64,000 nucleotides of DNA from a bacterium. GTDB taxonomy: Bacteria > SAR324 > XYD2-FULL-50-16. Location: NCBI GenBank assembly GCA_032250835.1, contig JAVVEA010000001.1, positions 384,001 to 448,000 on the forward strand. The letters run 5' to 3'. Shown here piece by piece: positions 18,394 to 27,589 of the stretch. Position numbers and translations under genes: made by a program. Position 1 is the stretch's first letter. The number at the start of each line of letters is the position of its first letter. The notes below the pieces were generated by a model. That model had not been told where the DNA came from, made no database searches, and worked only from the letters and a program-made list of their open reading frames with translations.

Positions 18394-20509
18394 GCGACGC
18401 TCCCCCTACGATCCGCGCCACCTGATCCACCAACACACGCAGCGCTTCGGCTTGGCTTTCCAATTGCGTTGCTGCTGCCGAAGACTGTTCCGCAGCGGCG
18501 GCGTTGCTCTGGGTCACCTCGTCTAACTGCCCCAAGGCCAGATTGATTTGCCCTAAGCCGGTGGATTGCTCGTCCGAAGCTTGATAGATTGCTTCGACTT
18601 GGCGGTTCATATCCTCTATCCCTTGGTCTTCTTCACGCGATAACACCTCAAGCTCGCCCATTTGATGCGCCAAGGCTTGAGTTTGCGCAAGAATTTCTTG
18701 CAGCGCTTCCGCCCCCTTTTGAGCCAGTTGATCTCCCTGTACCGCCGCAGCGGCATTTTTTGTTATTAGTTGGCCGATTTCTTTAGCTGAGGATTTGGAG
18801 GTTTCCGCTAGACGAGATACCTCGTCGGCCACCACCGCAAAGCCTTTGCCTACCTCCCCAGCCCGTGCGGCTTCAATCGCAGCATTGGTGGCCAACATTT
18901 TGGTTTGCTGGGTGATCTCATGGATCAAAGCCAATACCTCTTTGATTTCTTCGCTGCCCTGGCGGATTTGCCCCATAGATTGGACAATAGAGCGCATCTC
19001 TTGTTCCCCCTTCTCGGCAGATTGGCTAGCCTGCTTTGCCGCACTAGCGGCTTCACCAGCCATTACCAGGGTACGGCGGACTCTGATAGCCGCTTGAGAC
19101 ATCCCCTCGGCGGTGCGCCCGGAGCGTTGCGCATTGCTTTGGGCTTGCTGCGAGAGTTCCTCAAGGGTGCTGGCGGTTTGCTCTAGACTGGCGGCTTGTT
19201 CGGTCGCACCAGCCGAAAGACTGCTGGAGGTGCGCGCGATTTCTGAGGAAGCCCCGGAAACCTCCTGGGCCGCCCGGCTTAAGTCCTGAACCAACTGTTC
19301 CAGTAGGTTGGTAATGGTTTTGCCCTGCGAGAGTCCGACCCACAAAGTTACCAAAACCACTAATCCAGCAACTCCATAAACCCATAAGATGGCGCTTTGC
19401 ATCTGCTCGGCATAACCCAAAAGATCCCGCCCCAATTGGTCTTCAACCTTCTTGAGTAGGTTGATTTTTAGGGTCATTTGCTCGAACCAATAGGTTGCTT
19501 CGAAGGTGAAATTAGGTTGCGCCAAAGGCACCAGGGTCAAACTCCAAGCCGCTCGGTCCTTGACTGCTCGGTCCTTCAAGACACCGATCTGGTGCCAGCG
19601 GGCCTCATCTTCTGCCATCAACATTGGCGGTTGAACCCCCTGGATTTGCTGAAAAAAGGGCCCCCAGGGCTCTGATCCAGCAGGTAGAGCCGCCAATAGG
19701 CCTTCAAAAAACCTAGCTTTTTGGGTTTGTCCTAGCGCATCGGCTTCAATCTGTTGCACTAAATCCACCGCGGGACCAACAATCATTTCTTTGGCCCTTT
19801 GGCCATTGTTACGGGTTGCTAGCGCCAGATACTCCTGCCAATAAGCTTCGTGTTTGGAACGCAAATTTAAATATCGTTCGTATAAACCCGGAGCAAAGGC
19901 ACCGCGTGCCAGGGTATTGCTCAAGACCGCCCGCATCACCCCGGCCTGTTCCTTGTGTTGCAAAAAGGCCGCATAGGCGGCGAGCCGCCGGGCCATCTCG
20001 GCATCCGGCGTTTTCTGGATCGCCGTTTCAACGGCTCCAATCAAATCGGCGATGATCCCGCTGTAATAGCCCAACGCTTGCCCAATCGGCAGCTTTAGCT
20101 GGCTGATCTCTTGCCTAGTTCGCGTTAGCGCCGCTAAGCTGGCCAAAGCCGCCTGAGTTTTTCCAGTAAAGGCATCACCGCCCATGGCTTGATCAAAGTC
20201 TTCCCAAAATTGCTGCAATGCCCTCAGGCGTTCGTCGGTCAGCTTTCTTTGCTCGCCTAGAGCTTTTCCAAAGTCTTTCCCGCCGGAACCCAGGTACCCG
20301 GCGCTCATGCCCCGCTCCTTTTGGAGCTCATGGACCAGCGCGCTGGAGACGGTAGAAAAAACGGTCAGCCCTCGGACTTGCTCAATTTGGCCAGAAAGTT
20401 GGTATTGACGGCTCAACTCGACGGCGGCAAACCCCATCAAACCGATCAACGGGAGGGACACCATCCAAATCAGCCGCATCCGAACGGTCATCTCATTAAC
20501 TTTAAACAT
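18377..20509 (-). CDS. Methyl-accepting chemotaxis protein with NIT (nitrate/nitrite) sensor
   Basis: [44 protein letters not shown], and an MCP signalling domain. Start set at ATG 20509. Confidence 0.9.
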   Translation of the reverse strand: MFKVNEMTVRMRLIWMVSLPLIGLMGFAAVELSRQYQLSGQIEQVRGLTVFSTVSSALVHELQKERGMSAGYLGSGGKDFGKALGEQRKLTDERLRALQQFWEDFDQAMGGDAFTGKTQAALASLAALTRTRQEISQLKLPIGQALGYYSGIIADLIGAVETAIQKTPDAEMARRLAAYAAFLQHKEQAGVMRAVLSNTLARGAFAPGLYERYLNLRSKHEAYWQEYLALATRNNGQRAKEMIVGPAVDLVQQIEADALGQTQKARFFEGLLAALPAGSEPWGPFFQQIQGVQPPMLMAEDEARWHQIGVLKDRAVKDRAAWSLTLVPLAQPNFTFEATYWFEQMTLKINLLKKVEDQLGRDLLGYAEQMQSAILWVYGVAGLVVLVTLWVGLSQGKTITNLLEQLVQDLSRAAQEVSGASSEIARTSSSLSAGATEQAASLEQTASTLEELSQQAQSNAQRSGRTAEGMSQAAIRVRRTLVMAGEAASAAKQASQSAEKGEQEMRSIVQSMGQIRQGSEEIKEVLALIHEITQQTKMLATNAAIEAARAGEVGKGFAVVADEVSRLAETSKSSAKEIGQLITKNAAAAVQGDQLAQKGAEALQEILAQTQALAHQMGELEVLSREEDQGIEDMNRQVEAIYQASDEQSTGLGQINLALGQLDEVTQSNAAAAEQSSAAATQLESQAEALRVLVDQVARIVGGASLSKQS

Positions 20510-20641
20510 AAGGTACCGCTGGGCTGTGGTTGGTTCGGCATCTTCCCTGATTCGAGCCCGAAGCAGCAAATCGCCTCAAGACCTTACGGGGCCGGTTGGA
20601 ATCCAAAAATTCCGGTGCATAGGGCCTAAGCGGGCGCTCCA

Positions 20642-20980
20642 TCAGGGCTCCTTGGCTTGGGCAGGCATCCTTGGCATGGACCAAGTCAATAAAAGACCCT
20701 TTGGAATGCAGCGGTTCAAGTAGGGGATTAAAGCCGGCCCTGGCCCTCCAGTGGGCTGGTCCTCTTGGGTCAGGATCGAAGAACCGCTCCTGAAGACGGG
20801 TCGAACGGAAAGGGGGCGAACTGGCTTGGTTGCTTTATTTAACACCCCGCCCTCTAGCCGGGCGTGGCCCAGTTCTTTGGGATAGCGCGGTGTCGATTCT
20901 AGGGCCCAGCCTTTCCGATCATGGACCTGGTGGGGGGTTGGTAAGATGCCAACGCCAGGCGTAAGGATACTTCCGTTCAT
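20642..20980 (-). CDS. Hypothetical protein
   Basis: GGAGG SD before ATG 20980 and an upstream promoter-like sequence; no recognisable family. Confidence 0.4.
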   Translation of the reverse strand: MNGSILTPGVGILPTPHQVHDRKGWALESTPRYPKELGHARLEGGVLNKATKPVRPLSVRPVFRSGSSILTQEDQPTGGPGPALIPYLNRCIPKGLLLTWSMPRMPAQAKEP

Positions 20981-20990
20981 GGGGCCTCCG

Positions 20991-21014
20991 GTGAATACTT
21001 TGTTCAATATTCAC
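20991..21014. promoter_or_regulatory. Palindromic operator candidate, copy 1
   Basis: GTGAATA-CTTTGTTCAA-TATTCAC, just downstream of a minus-strand TTGCAA-N16-TATCAT promoter (21047..21020). Confidence 0.6.
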
Positions 21015-21049
21015 CTTCCATGATAAGGCATAAAAAGCACTTTGCAAGT

Positions 21050-21646
21050 CTATTTTGCGCTCAACCCTGAAACCACTAGATCCATTACCGCAGCAAGTTG
21101 CTTTTCTAATTCTTTCAGAGGCGAGGCGTGCAGCATCAAGAAGTGGGGCATTAAAAACTTGATTAGCGCGACAAACAGGGCTTCGGCCGTAACCTCCAAT
21201 TGTTCCACTTGAAACTCACCGGACTCGCCTCCTTGACGCAGCATTAGGGCTAACATGCCGCGCTTGATTTTCATGTGCTCTTTGGCCATGTCCAAATGCT
21301 CGGTGGAAATGAATTGGACTAGCTCAAAGAGGTGGAATTGTTCGGAGAAGGTGTGGTGGTTAAAACGGAGCGTTTCGAGCACAAAACCTTCAATCCGCTG
21401 GCGGTTGCTGAGCCCCTTAGCCTGGGTAAACTCTTCGGCCAAACTGCGGCTGTGCTCAACAAACCGCCGAACCACGCCCACTCCAATGTCGCGTTTGTTG
21501 GTGAAGTACCGGTAAAGATTGGCGGTCGACATCTGGCAATCCGACGCAATCTCAGCCATCGCGGTCTTCTTAAAGCCATACTTCACGAAGCGTTGGTAGG
21601 CAGCGTCTAGAATCTGGTCTTGCGTTTGGTCCCGTTTGGCGTTCAT
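21050..21646 (-). CDS. TetR/AcrR family regulator
   Basis: ILDAAYQRFVKYGFKKTAMAEIASDCQMSTANLYRYFTNK. Confidence 0.95.
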   Translation of the reverse strand: MNAKRDQTQDQILDAAYQRFVKYGFKKTAMAEIASDCQMSTANLYRYFTNKRDIGVGVVRRFVEHSRSLAEEFTQAKGLSNRQRIEGFVLETLRFNHHTFSEQFHLFELVQFISTEHLDMAKEHMKIKRGMLALMLRQGGESGEFQVEQLEVTAEALFVALIKFLMPHFLMLHASPLKELEKQLAAVMDLVVSGLSAK

Positions 21647-22908
21647 CCTTCAACTCTCTTAGGGTCTTTTAAAGCGTTTAAAAACAAATATCCCAAGTAA
21701 ATATGATCACCCGCCAGCCCAAGGCCTGCAAAAGCCAAGATCACCGGTGAGGACAACAAAAAGCCCAAGGCCAACAACCCGAGTGCTACCAGCAATGCCC
21801 AGGACTCTCGCAGCTGTTGGGTTTCGCTCATCAGGTCGCCCAAAAGGGGGGCTCCTGGTTTACCGATCTGGTGGCTGTACCGATGGAACCAAACCAGAAA
21901 AGTAAAAATCTTATACAACATAGCATGGGTTGCGGTGAGCGCAAAAGCGAACAAAAATAGCAGTCCTGCCGCTTCACTTAAAATCAAATGGTTAGAAGTC
22001 AATCCAACCAAAATCCCCGCCAAAGAGGTGGCTAAACCCAGCATGGCCCACCGGAGCAACTTCAACGCCGGGTCCATCCGCTTGCGCCGACGTCCCATCA
22101 CCACCCGCCTAAATTCCACCAAATAAAGCCACAATCCAGCGGCGATAAAGGCCCCGGCAGGCAACAGCCAAGGCCCCGAAGCCCCCAATCCGAGCGAAAC
22201 CAACAGACCCAATAAGCCGTAGGCGATCAGCCGCAAGACCCGGAAGGCTCGGGTCGGCTCAAAATGGGGACAAACATAAAACATGGGGATCAGGTGGTAA
22301 CTGACGCCGATCACCAAAAAGCCGACCCAGCCGATCAAAGCCACACTGAAGTGGGCTTCTCTGAGCGGCCCCGGCAAGGCAAAGTACCCGGCCAATTCGC
22401 CCAGCCGGGCCCAACCAAACAGCCAGACCAGCAACAACGAAGCCGCCGAAAGCCGCATGGCCAGCAAGGTGGGTCGGTGGGTTCCAGACACCCGGGCCAG
22501 GGCCACCGCAATCTGCACCAAAAACAGGCCCACCGCAAGACCCAGCCCCGCCAGGGCCGCAACGGCCCAAAAGGAAGCCCAGGTCTCAAAAAACAAGACC
22601 ATCGAAAGCGTGCCGCCGGCCAGTAATAAATATACCCAAAGAGACCAGCCCGGGAGCGGGACCTGACCGCCGATCATCACCGGGATCATCTGATAAAAGG
22701 CCCCAAACATGACCATCGCCAGCCAACCTAAGGTCCAAAGATGCACCCAAGCAATGGCAGGACCCAGCAGGGGCGACGCCAAGATTTCCTCGGCCCGCCC
22801 CGTAAGGTACAGCCCGCCTAAGCAACCAAAGGCCGGAGCGGTGACAAAAAAACGAAAGGGCACCCAAAGGGGAGGCGCTTGGTCTAGACTGACGCCGCTA
22901 TACATCAC
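21643..22908 (-). CDS. Polytopic membrane protein (NnrS / heme-copper oxidase subunit I-like superfamily)
   Basis: About 12 hydrophobic segments; HLWTLGW...GAFYQMIPV and HFSVALIGW...SYHLIPMF repeats; MLYKIFTFLVWFHRY. Typical partner of DUF2249 and hemerythrin genes. Confidence 0.7.
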   Translation of the reverse strand: MMYSGVSLDQAPPLWVPFRFFVTAPAFGCLGGLYLTGRAEEILASPLLGPAIAWVHLWTLGWLAMVMFGAFYQMIPVMIGGQVPLPGWSLWVYLLLAGGTLSMVLFFETWASFWAVAALAGLGLAVGLFLVQIAVALARVSGTHRPTLLAMRLSAASLLLVWLFGWARLGELAGYFALPGPLREAHFSVALIGWVGFLVIGVSYHLIPMFYVCPHFEPTRAFRVLRLIAYGLLGLLVSLGLGASGPWLLPAGAFIAAGLWLYLVEFRRVVMGRRRKRMDPALKLLRWAMLGLATSLAGILVGLTSNHLILSEAAGLLFLFAFALTATHAMLYKIFTFLVWFHRYSHQIGKPGAPLLGDLMSETQQLRESWALLVALGLLALGFLLSSPVILAFAGLGLAGDHIYLGYLFLNALKDPKRVEG

Positions 22909-23131
22909 GGTGCCAGATCAACAGTTCCACTAAGTCCGCCTCTTCGATCTCAAAGGCGTAGTCAAATCCTCGGGTGGTCAAAATCGGTAGCAAATGGACC
23001 GGACGCATCCGGTGGCGCATCAGCAGCTTCTTACCTTTCGGGAGCGCCTCAAGGGCTTCCAGCACCAAAACCATCGGCTCCGGAGGGGGCAGCTCACGGC
23101 AATCAACCAAAAGCGGATCTTTAAGCGCCAT
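22898..23131 (-). CDS. DUF2249 (TusA/SirA-like) protein
   Basis: VDCRELPPPEPMVLVLEALEAL...HRMRPVHLLPIL...RGF. Confidence 0.8.
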   Translation of the reverse strand: MALKDPLLVDCRELPPPEPMVLVLEALEALPKGKKLLMRHRMRPVHLLPILTTRGFDYAFEIEEADLVELLIWHRDV

Positions 23132-23552
23132 CGCGCAGGGCCTCAAGTTGCGGGATCATCTCGTCTTTAGCCAGTTGCTGGTCCAGCATAGGGTACAAAA
23201 TATTTTCTTCTTTGAGGTTGTGCTGCTGCATCAGAATCATCAACGTCTCAGCTGGTCTCAGGGCTGCCTGAGTGTCCCCTTGGTCCAAGGAGCTTTGCAT
23301 CTGGGCTAATAGTTGTCGCATCTGTTGGTGCTCTTGGCGCATCACTTCGGTGGGGCCCATGCCCTTCATGCCCGTTTTGTCTTCAAAAACCGGGAACAGG
23401 ATGGTTTCTTCCATGTCAAAATGGCAGGCCATGGCACCCAGAAAGGCCGACAACTCTCCGGCACCCCCGCCAGCGTCCAAGGCGTCTTCGGCCTCGGCAA
23501 AGAGGTGGTCGCAGCGTTGGTGGTCTTGGTGCATAAAAAGAGAGATATTCAT
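23121..23552 (-). CDS. Hemerythrin-like di-iron protein
   Basis: DHQRCD, HFDMEETILFP, EHQQMR, HNLKEENILYP. Confidence 0.92.
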   Translation of the reverse strand: MNISLFMHQDHQRCDHLFAEAEDALDAGGGAGELSAFLGAMACHFDMEETILFPVFEDKTGMKGMGPTEVMRQEHQQMRQLLAQMQSSLDQGDTQAALRPAETLMILMQQHNLKEENILYPMLDQQLAKDEMIPQLEALRDGA

Positions 23553-23620
23553 GAGGCAAGTCCGGTATTGGGTTGGAAATCTTGAGGAGATTTTACCAGA
23601 TAGCTGGCCCAGACAAAAGC

Positions 23621-23654
23621 CAAATGTGAATATTTTTCAATATTTTCACATTTG
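23621..23654. promoter_or_regulatory. Palindromic operator candidate, copy 2
   Basis: CAAATGTGAA-N14-TTCACATTTG, containing GTGAATA-N10-TTTTCAC (23626..23649). Confidence 0.6.
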
Positions 23655-23674
23655 TCCGAGGATCTTGCGGGAAT

Positions 23675-24718
23675 TTAGTAGTCGAAGGCCAGCGAGATGC
23701 GCGCCATGTCTTGGCGGTAATCGGCAAGGAACGGGCTGTCGGTGTAGCGGTACATCCACTTCAATAAAAGCGGCGAACCCCAGATTTGGGTTTCCCCTTT
23801 ATATTCGTAACGCTGCAACAGCTGTCCGCTCGAAGACTCTACCCGGTAAGGGGCAGATTTATCTTCACTGTCGTAGGTAACCTTCAGGTTGCGGCCAATG
23901 AGGGCAAAACCAAACTGGTTTTGGGAGTCCCAAAGAAAAAAACTAAAGTCCGATTCAACCTTAGCTTCAATGCCGGTGGTGCCCACCAGAGAAATCCGGT
24001 CAAAGGCAATTCTAAACTGCTTCCAATAGGCTTCTGGCCCCGGCTCAACGGGCCTACGGTCATAATACTCAAAACCGTAAAGAAATTCTGCCGTATCGGG
24101 ATCAATTTGGGGGTACTCCTGACGACGCTTTCGCGAATAACTACGCCAGCCCTTCTGTTTGCTGTTATATGCACCCAGGGCGAATTCATACCAAGGGTAT
24201 TGCCGCCGTTCAATCTGGCCCCCGGTTGCCAGCCGGCGGTCCAAATCTACCCCGCCATTCACTTCAAAAAACTCGCGGTTCTTCTCGGTTTTGATCGCAA
24301 AATGGTCGGTGGCGTACACCCCCGGCTCGGACCAATCTTTCTGGTAACTCCCTCCGGATTCGGTCGGGCTCTCAAAACGCCGCCATAGGCTCAATTCTAG
24401 ATTGCTGTGGCGAAAGTCCCACCTTGGAGTGACCACCTCATAACTTTGGGCTTGGAGTTGATCCCCTGCGCCATTGTAGCCTTCTAAAGTAACCCGTTCG
24501 CCTTGAACGGAAAAATAGTGGGCACCTAAGCCAAAGCCAATCAAGCCAAATTGGCTGTGTTCCGATTGGCGGTAGTCTAGCGAGCGCCCTTGAAGCAAGC
24601 TTTCTCGCTGCCAATACTGGTCTTGTTTGAGCTGCGCACCGACCTCTGCCTCAAAGGCCCAGGCCGGAGCTGCCATGACCATCCCCAAAAAAGCTAGAAT
24701 CAGCGCTTTGAGTCTCAT
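23675..24718 (-). CDS. Predicted outer-membrane beta-barrel protein
   Basis: Signal peptide (AAPAWA|FE), aromatic-rich amphipathic strands, C-terminal ISLAFDY. Confidence 0.6.
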   Translation of the reverse strand: MRLKALILAFLGMVMAAPAWAFEAEVGAQLKQDQYWQRESLLQGRSLDYRQSEHSQFGLIGFGLGAHYFSVQGERVTLEGYNGAGDQLQAQSYEVVTPRWDFRHSNLELSLWRRFESPTESGGSYQKDWSEPGVYATDHFAIKTEKNREFFEVNGGVDLDRRLATGGQIERRQYPWYEFALGAYNSKQKGWRSYSRKRRQEYPQIDPDTAEFLYGFEYYDRRPVEPGPEAYWKQFRIAFDRISLVGTTGIEAKVESDFSFFLWDSQNQFGFALIGRNLKVTYDSEDKSAPYRVESSSGQLLQRYEYKGETQIWGSPLLLKWMYRYTDSPFLADYRQDMARISLAFDY

Positions 24719-26574
24719 GGAGTTTCCTTGGAGAGTTCAAATCGGCTCTGGTCCTCTAACTCGGCCCGAGTGATCTCTTTGACCAACCGAAAACCAACCC
24801 GACGGTCCATCTCTGAACTCATGATAAAGCTTCGTTTAAAACAGCGCAAGGCTGCGGCCCCAGCATCATAATGACCACCCCGGACGACCTGTGCATCGGT
24901 GCTGCCTTTTTGGAGCAGCGGTTGGTTCACCTGGGTCTTTTCGTAGGCCTGGGGGTCCCATTGGTCGGCAACCATCTCGGCTACGTTGCCGCTAAAGTCG
25001 AAGAGTCCCAAATTATTGGCCGGAAACATCGCCACCGTTGCGGGCTCTTTCCAGTGCATTCCTTTGTGATAAATCGGGCCGTCGTCTTTGAGTTGGAGAC
25101 GCTGTCGGTTGGTATCCAGATCCGCATTAAAGGCGATTTCCTTGGGGTTCGCCAGGTTCTTCCCGTTGCCAAATCGCTGCTTGGCCCCCAAATCACGGCA
25201 GGCATACTCCCATTCGGCCTCGGTGGGTAGGCGTACTTTCCAGCCCGAAGCGGTGGAAAAGGTTTCCACAAAGCGGGTCACCTCTTGGACACTGACATTT
25301 TCCACCGGCATCAAGCCCTTTTTTGACTGGTGGTAGCTCGGGTTATAGCCCATCATCTGTTCAAATTGCGCCTGGGTGACTTCGGTCTGGGCGACAAAAA
25401 AGTCCCCTAAACACACGCGGTGGACTGGGGCCTCAAAGCCCTGGTCCTCCTCGAAAACATCGCCCATCAAGTAACATCCCTTAGGCGCCTGCACAAAGAC
25501 CATGCCGGACTTTGGCTCGGTAAGGGTGGGGAAGATGGCTCGTTGGAATTTAACGCCCGTAAAGTCCGTGTTAAACAATAGAGCCTTAGAAAAATCGGTG
25601 CCGCTCAAGTCGGCTCCCGAGAGGTTCGAGTCGAGCAGTAGGGTGTCTTCTAGGGTAGCATACGAAAAGTCGGCTCCCGACAAATCAATGGATTTAAAGC
25701 TCAACCCCTTCAGCCAAGCCCCCTTAAAGTTGGAGTTTCTAAGGTCTAACCCTTCTAGCGCGACTCGGGTGATTTGGGCCCTAGGAAACTGAGGTGCTTT
25801 TAACTGAGCCCCGGTAAAGCGGGTCCGCTCGATCACTACGGCGCGGAAATTGGTCTTGAGTAGGTTAGTTTTGGTCAGGTCCGTATCCACCAAAGAAGCG
25901 CCTTCAAAGTTGGCCCCTTCAAGGTTCGTGGAATGGAACTTGGTTCCGCGCAGATCCGCACCGGAAAAGTCAGCACCGCGTAGATTCTGGTTGGAAAGAT
26001 CCATCCCGGCCAGATTGCTGCCCTTAAAGCTAACGCCCGTTAAAATCGCATAATCAAACTTGGTCTGGCGTAGATCGGTGCCCGAAAGATCGCCTTGATT
26101 TAGGTCCGCACCGGTAAAGTCGGTCTTTCTTAAGTCCGCCCCAGCAAAGCTGGTTTGGGTCAAGTCCCGGTGTTTGAAATCATACCCCGACCAGTCGCTT
26201 TCGCCCACCAGAGCACCCCGTAGGTCCGCCTCAAACAACAGAGCCTGCGCCAAATTGCTACGCCGCGCGTCCACCTTCTTTAAGCTGGCATTGCGGAAGT
26301 CGGCATTTTTCAGGTCTGCCTCGCTGATATTGCCGCCCGTAAGGTTGGCACCGCGGAAGTTTACGCCATGTAAATCGGCACCGGAAAAATGCACGTTACG
26401 CAAGTCCCAGGCCCCAAAATCCATCGCCTGATAAGGGCGGTCGCCTGCATGCTGCTGGCGTAGACGCTGGTCTACGCTGACGCAGCCCAAAAGACTACCC
26501 AACAGGGGGATCAAAATAAAAAGGGGACTAAGTCTCAGCAAAACAACACTCCAAAGTTTGCCTGGAAGATACAA
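24715..26574 (-). CDS. Lipoprotein with long pentapeptide-repeat region and C-terminal FGE-sulfatase (SUMF1) domain
   Basis: Lipobox LLGC; ~300 aa of A(D/N)LxG repeats; TEVTQAQF, RLPTEAEWEYACR, NNLGLFDFSGNVAE, RGG, GFRLV. Confidence 0.88.
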   Translation of the reverse strand: MYLPGKLWSVVLLRLSPLFILIPLLGSLLGCVSVDQRLRQQHAGDRPYQAMDFGAWDLRNVHFSGADLHGVNFRGANLTGGNISEADLKNADFRNASLKKVDARRSNLAQALLFEADLRGALVGESDWSGYDFKHRDLTQTSFAGADLRKTDFTGADLNQGDLSGTDLRQTKFDYAILTGVSFKGSNLAGMDLSNQNLRGADFSGADLRGTKFHSTNLEGANFEGASLVDTDLTKTNLLKTNFRAVVIERTRFTGAQLKAPQFPRAQITRVALEGLDLRNSNFKGAWLKGLSFKSIDLSGADFSYATLEDTLLLDSNLSGADLSGTDFSKALLFNTDFTGVKFQRAIFPTLTEPKSGMVFVQAPKGCYLMGDVFEEDQGFEAPVHRVCLGDFFVAQTEVTQAQFEQMMGYNPSYHQSKKGLMPVENVSVQEVTRFVETFSTASGWKVRLPTEAEWEYACRDLGAKQRFGNGKNLANPKEIAFNADLDTNRQRLQLKDDGPIYHKGMHWKEPATVAMFPANNLGLFDFSGNVAEMVADQWDPQAYEKTQVNQPLLQKGSTDAQVVRGGHYDAGAAALRCFKRSFIMSSEMDRRVGFRLVKEITRAELEDQSRFELSKETP

Positions 26575-26695
26575 GGATCATGCCGAGTTGGGGCCTCGCC
26601 ACACCAGGAATCCTTTACACGAGAATTCTTGTGCAAAGTTGCGCCAACTTGTTATGCTGAAACCTGAAAGAAACATTCCAATAAAGGAGCATCAA

Positions 26696-26908
26696 ATGTC
26701 CGATCAGGTATACAAAAAAGTTGAGATCGTTGGGACCTCGGCCGAGGGGATCAGCGAGGCAGTCAAAAACGCCATCGACAAGGCTGGCGAGTCTTTACGG
26801 CATATGTCTTGGTTCGAGGTAAAGGAAATCCGCGGCCATATAGACGCCGACAAAAACAACCAGGCCCTATTTCAAGTGACCTTGCAGATTGGGTTTAGGC
26901 TAGAATAG
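26696..26908 (+). CDS. Dodecin (flavin-binding)
   Basis: VYKKVEIVGTS...AIDKA...WFEVKEIRG...FQVTLQIGFRLE; AAGGAG SD. Confidence 0.93.
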   Translation: MSDQVYKKVEIVGTSAEGISEAVKNAIDKAGESLRHMSWFEVKEIRGHIDADKNNQALFQVTLQIGFRLE

Positions 26909-26909
26909 G

Positions 26910-27581
26910 TCACCAAGGAATCGATCGTCCCTGATGGCTCATAAAGGCACCGTTGTCTGAGGCACTCAAGCGTTCGGCCTGGGCGATCATCCCCCGGGCC
27001 GAATCTTCTGCACTCAAGGGGGCTCCCTGCCCCCCCATACGGGTGCGGACCCAGCCGGGACAAAAGAGGGTGCAGATGATACCTCGAGGACCCAAGTCCT
27101 TCGATAAAGTCACAAAGGTCATGTTCAGAGCCGCCTTAGAGGCGCGGTAGGCATAAGAACCACCCCCTTGGTTCTCTGATAGACTCCCCATGGTGCTGCT
27201 GGTGGCCAATAACTTCGGCTCACTACCGGCCTGTAGGTGTTCCCCAAAGGCCTCGGCCATCAATAAGGGCGCTAAGGCATTAACGGTCAGGCACTCTTGC
27301 CAGCTTTGGGCGTCAATCTGCCCTAGCCGGCTCGCCGCTTCGGCGTATACCCCCGCATTTAGCCACAAAATATCAATCGACCGCCCTTTTAGCTGTTGGG
27401 CCAGTTGCACGGGCCCCTTCGGGTCCATTAAGTCCAGCCTGAATTGTTCGATCTGAGGGGGCAACGCAGCGCCGAGCTGGCGGACTGCCGCAAGCACCTG
27501 CCAGCCCCTTTGGTGGTACTGCCGGGCCAGTGCCTCTCCGATCCCACGGTTGGCCCCGGTGATCAAGATAGTCTTAGACAT
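26910..27581 (-). CDS. Short-chain dehydrogenase/reductase (CsgA-like)
   Basis: TGANRGIG, NAG, YRASKAALN, PGWVRTRMGG. Confidence 0.93.
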   Translation of the reverse strand: MSKTILITGANRGIGEALARQYHQRGWQVLAAVRQLGAALPPQIEQFRLDLMDPKGPVQLAQQLKGRSIDILWLNAGVYAEAASRLGQIDAQSWQECLTVNALAPLLMAEAFGEHLQAGSEPKLLATSSTMGSLSENQGGGSYAYRASKAALNMTFVTLSKDLGPRGIICTLFCPGWVRTRMGGQGAPLSAEDSARGMIAQAERLSASDNGAFMSHQGRSIPW

Positions 27582-27589
27582 GGAGGCCT

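Noticed and set aside
24715-25500. FGE/C-lectin domain as a diversity-generating retroelement target
   Set aside because: No reverse transcriptase, and I saw no second copy (template repeat) of the 3' region in the window.
25540-26430. DNA repeat array or CRISPR
   Set aside because: The 15-nt periodicity is explained by the encoded pentapeptide repeats; there are no identical repeats with spacers.
26631-26650. Sigma54 promoter (TTGGCGCAACTTTGCA on the minus strand)
   Set aside because: GG-to-GC spacing is 9 nt rather than the required 10.
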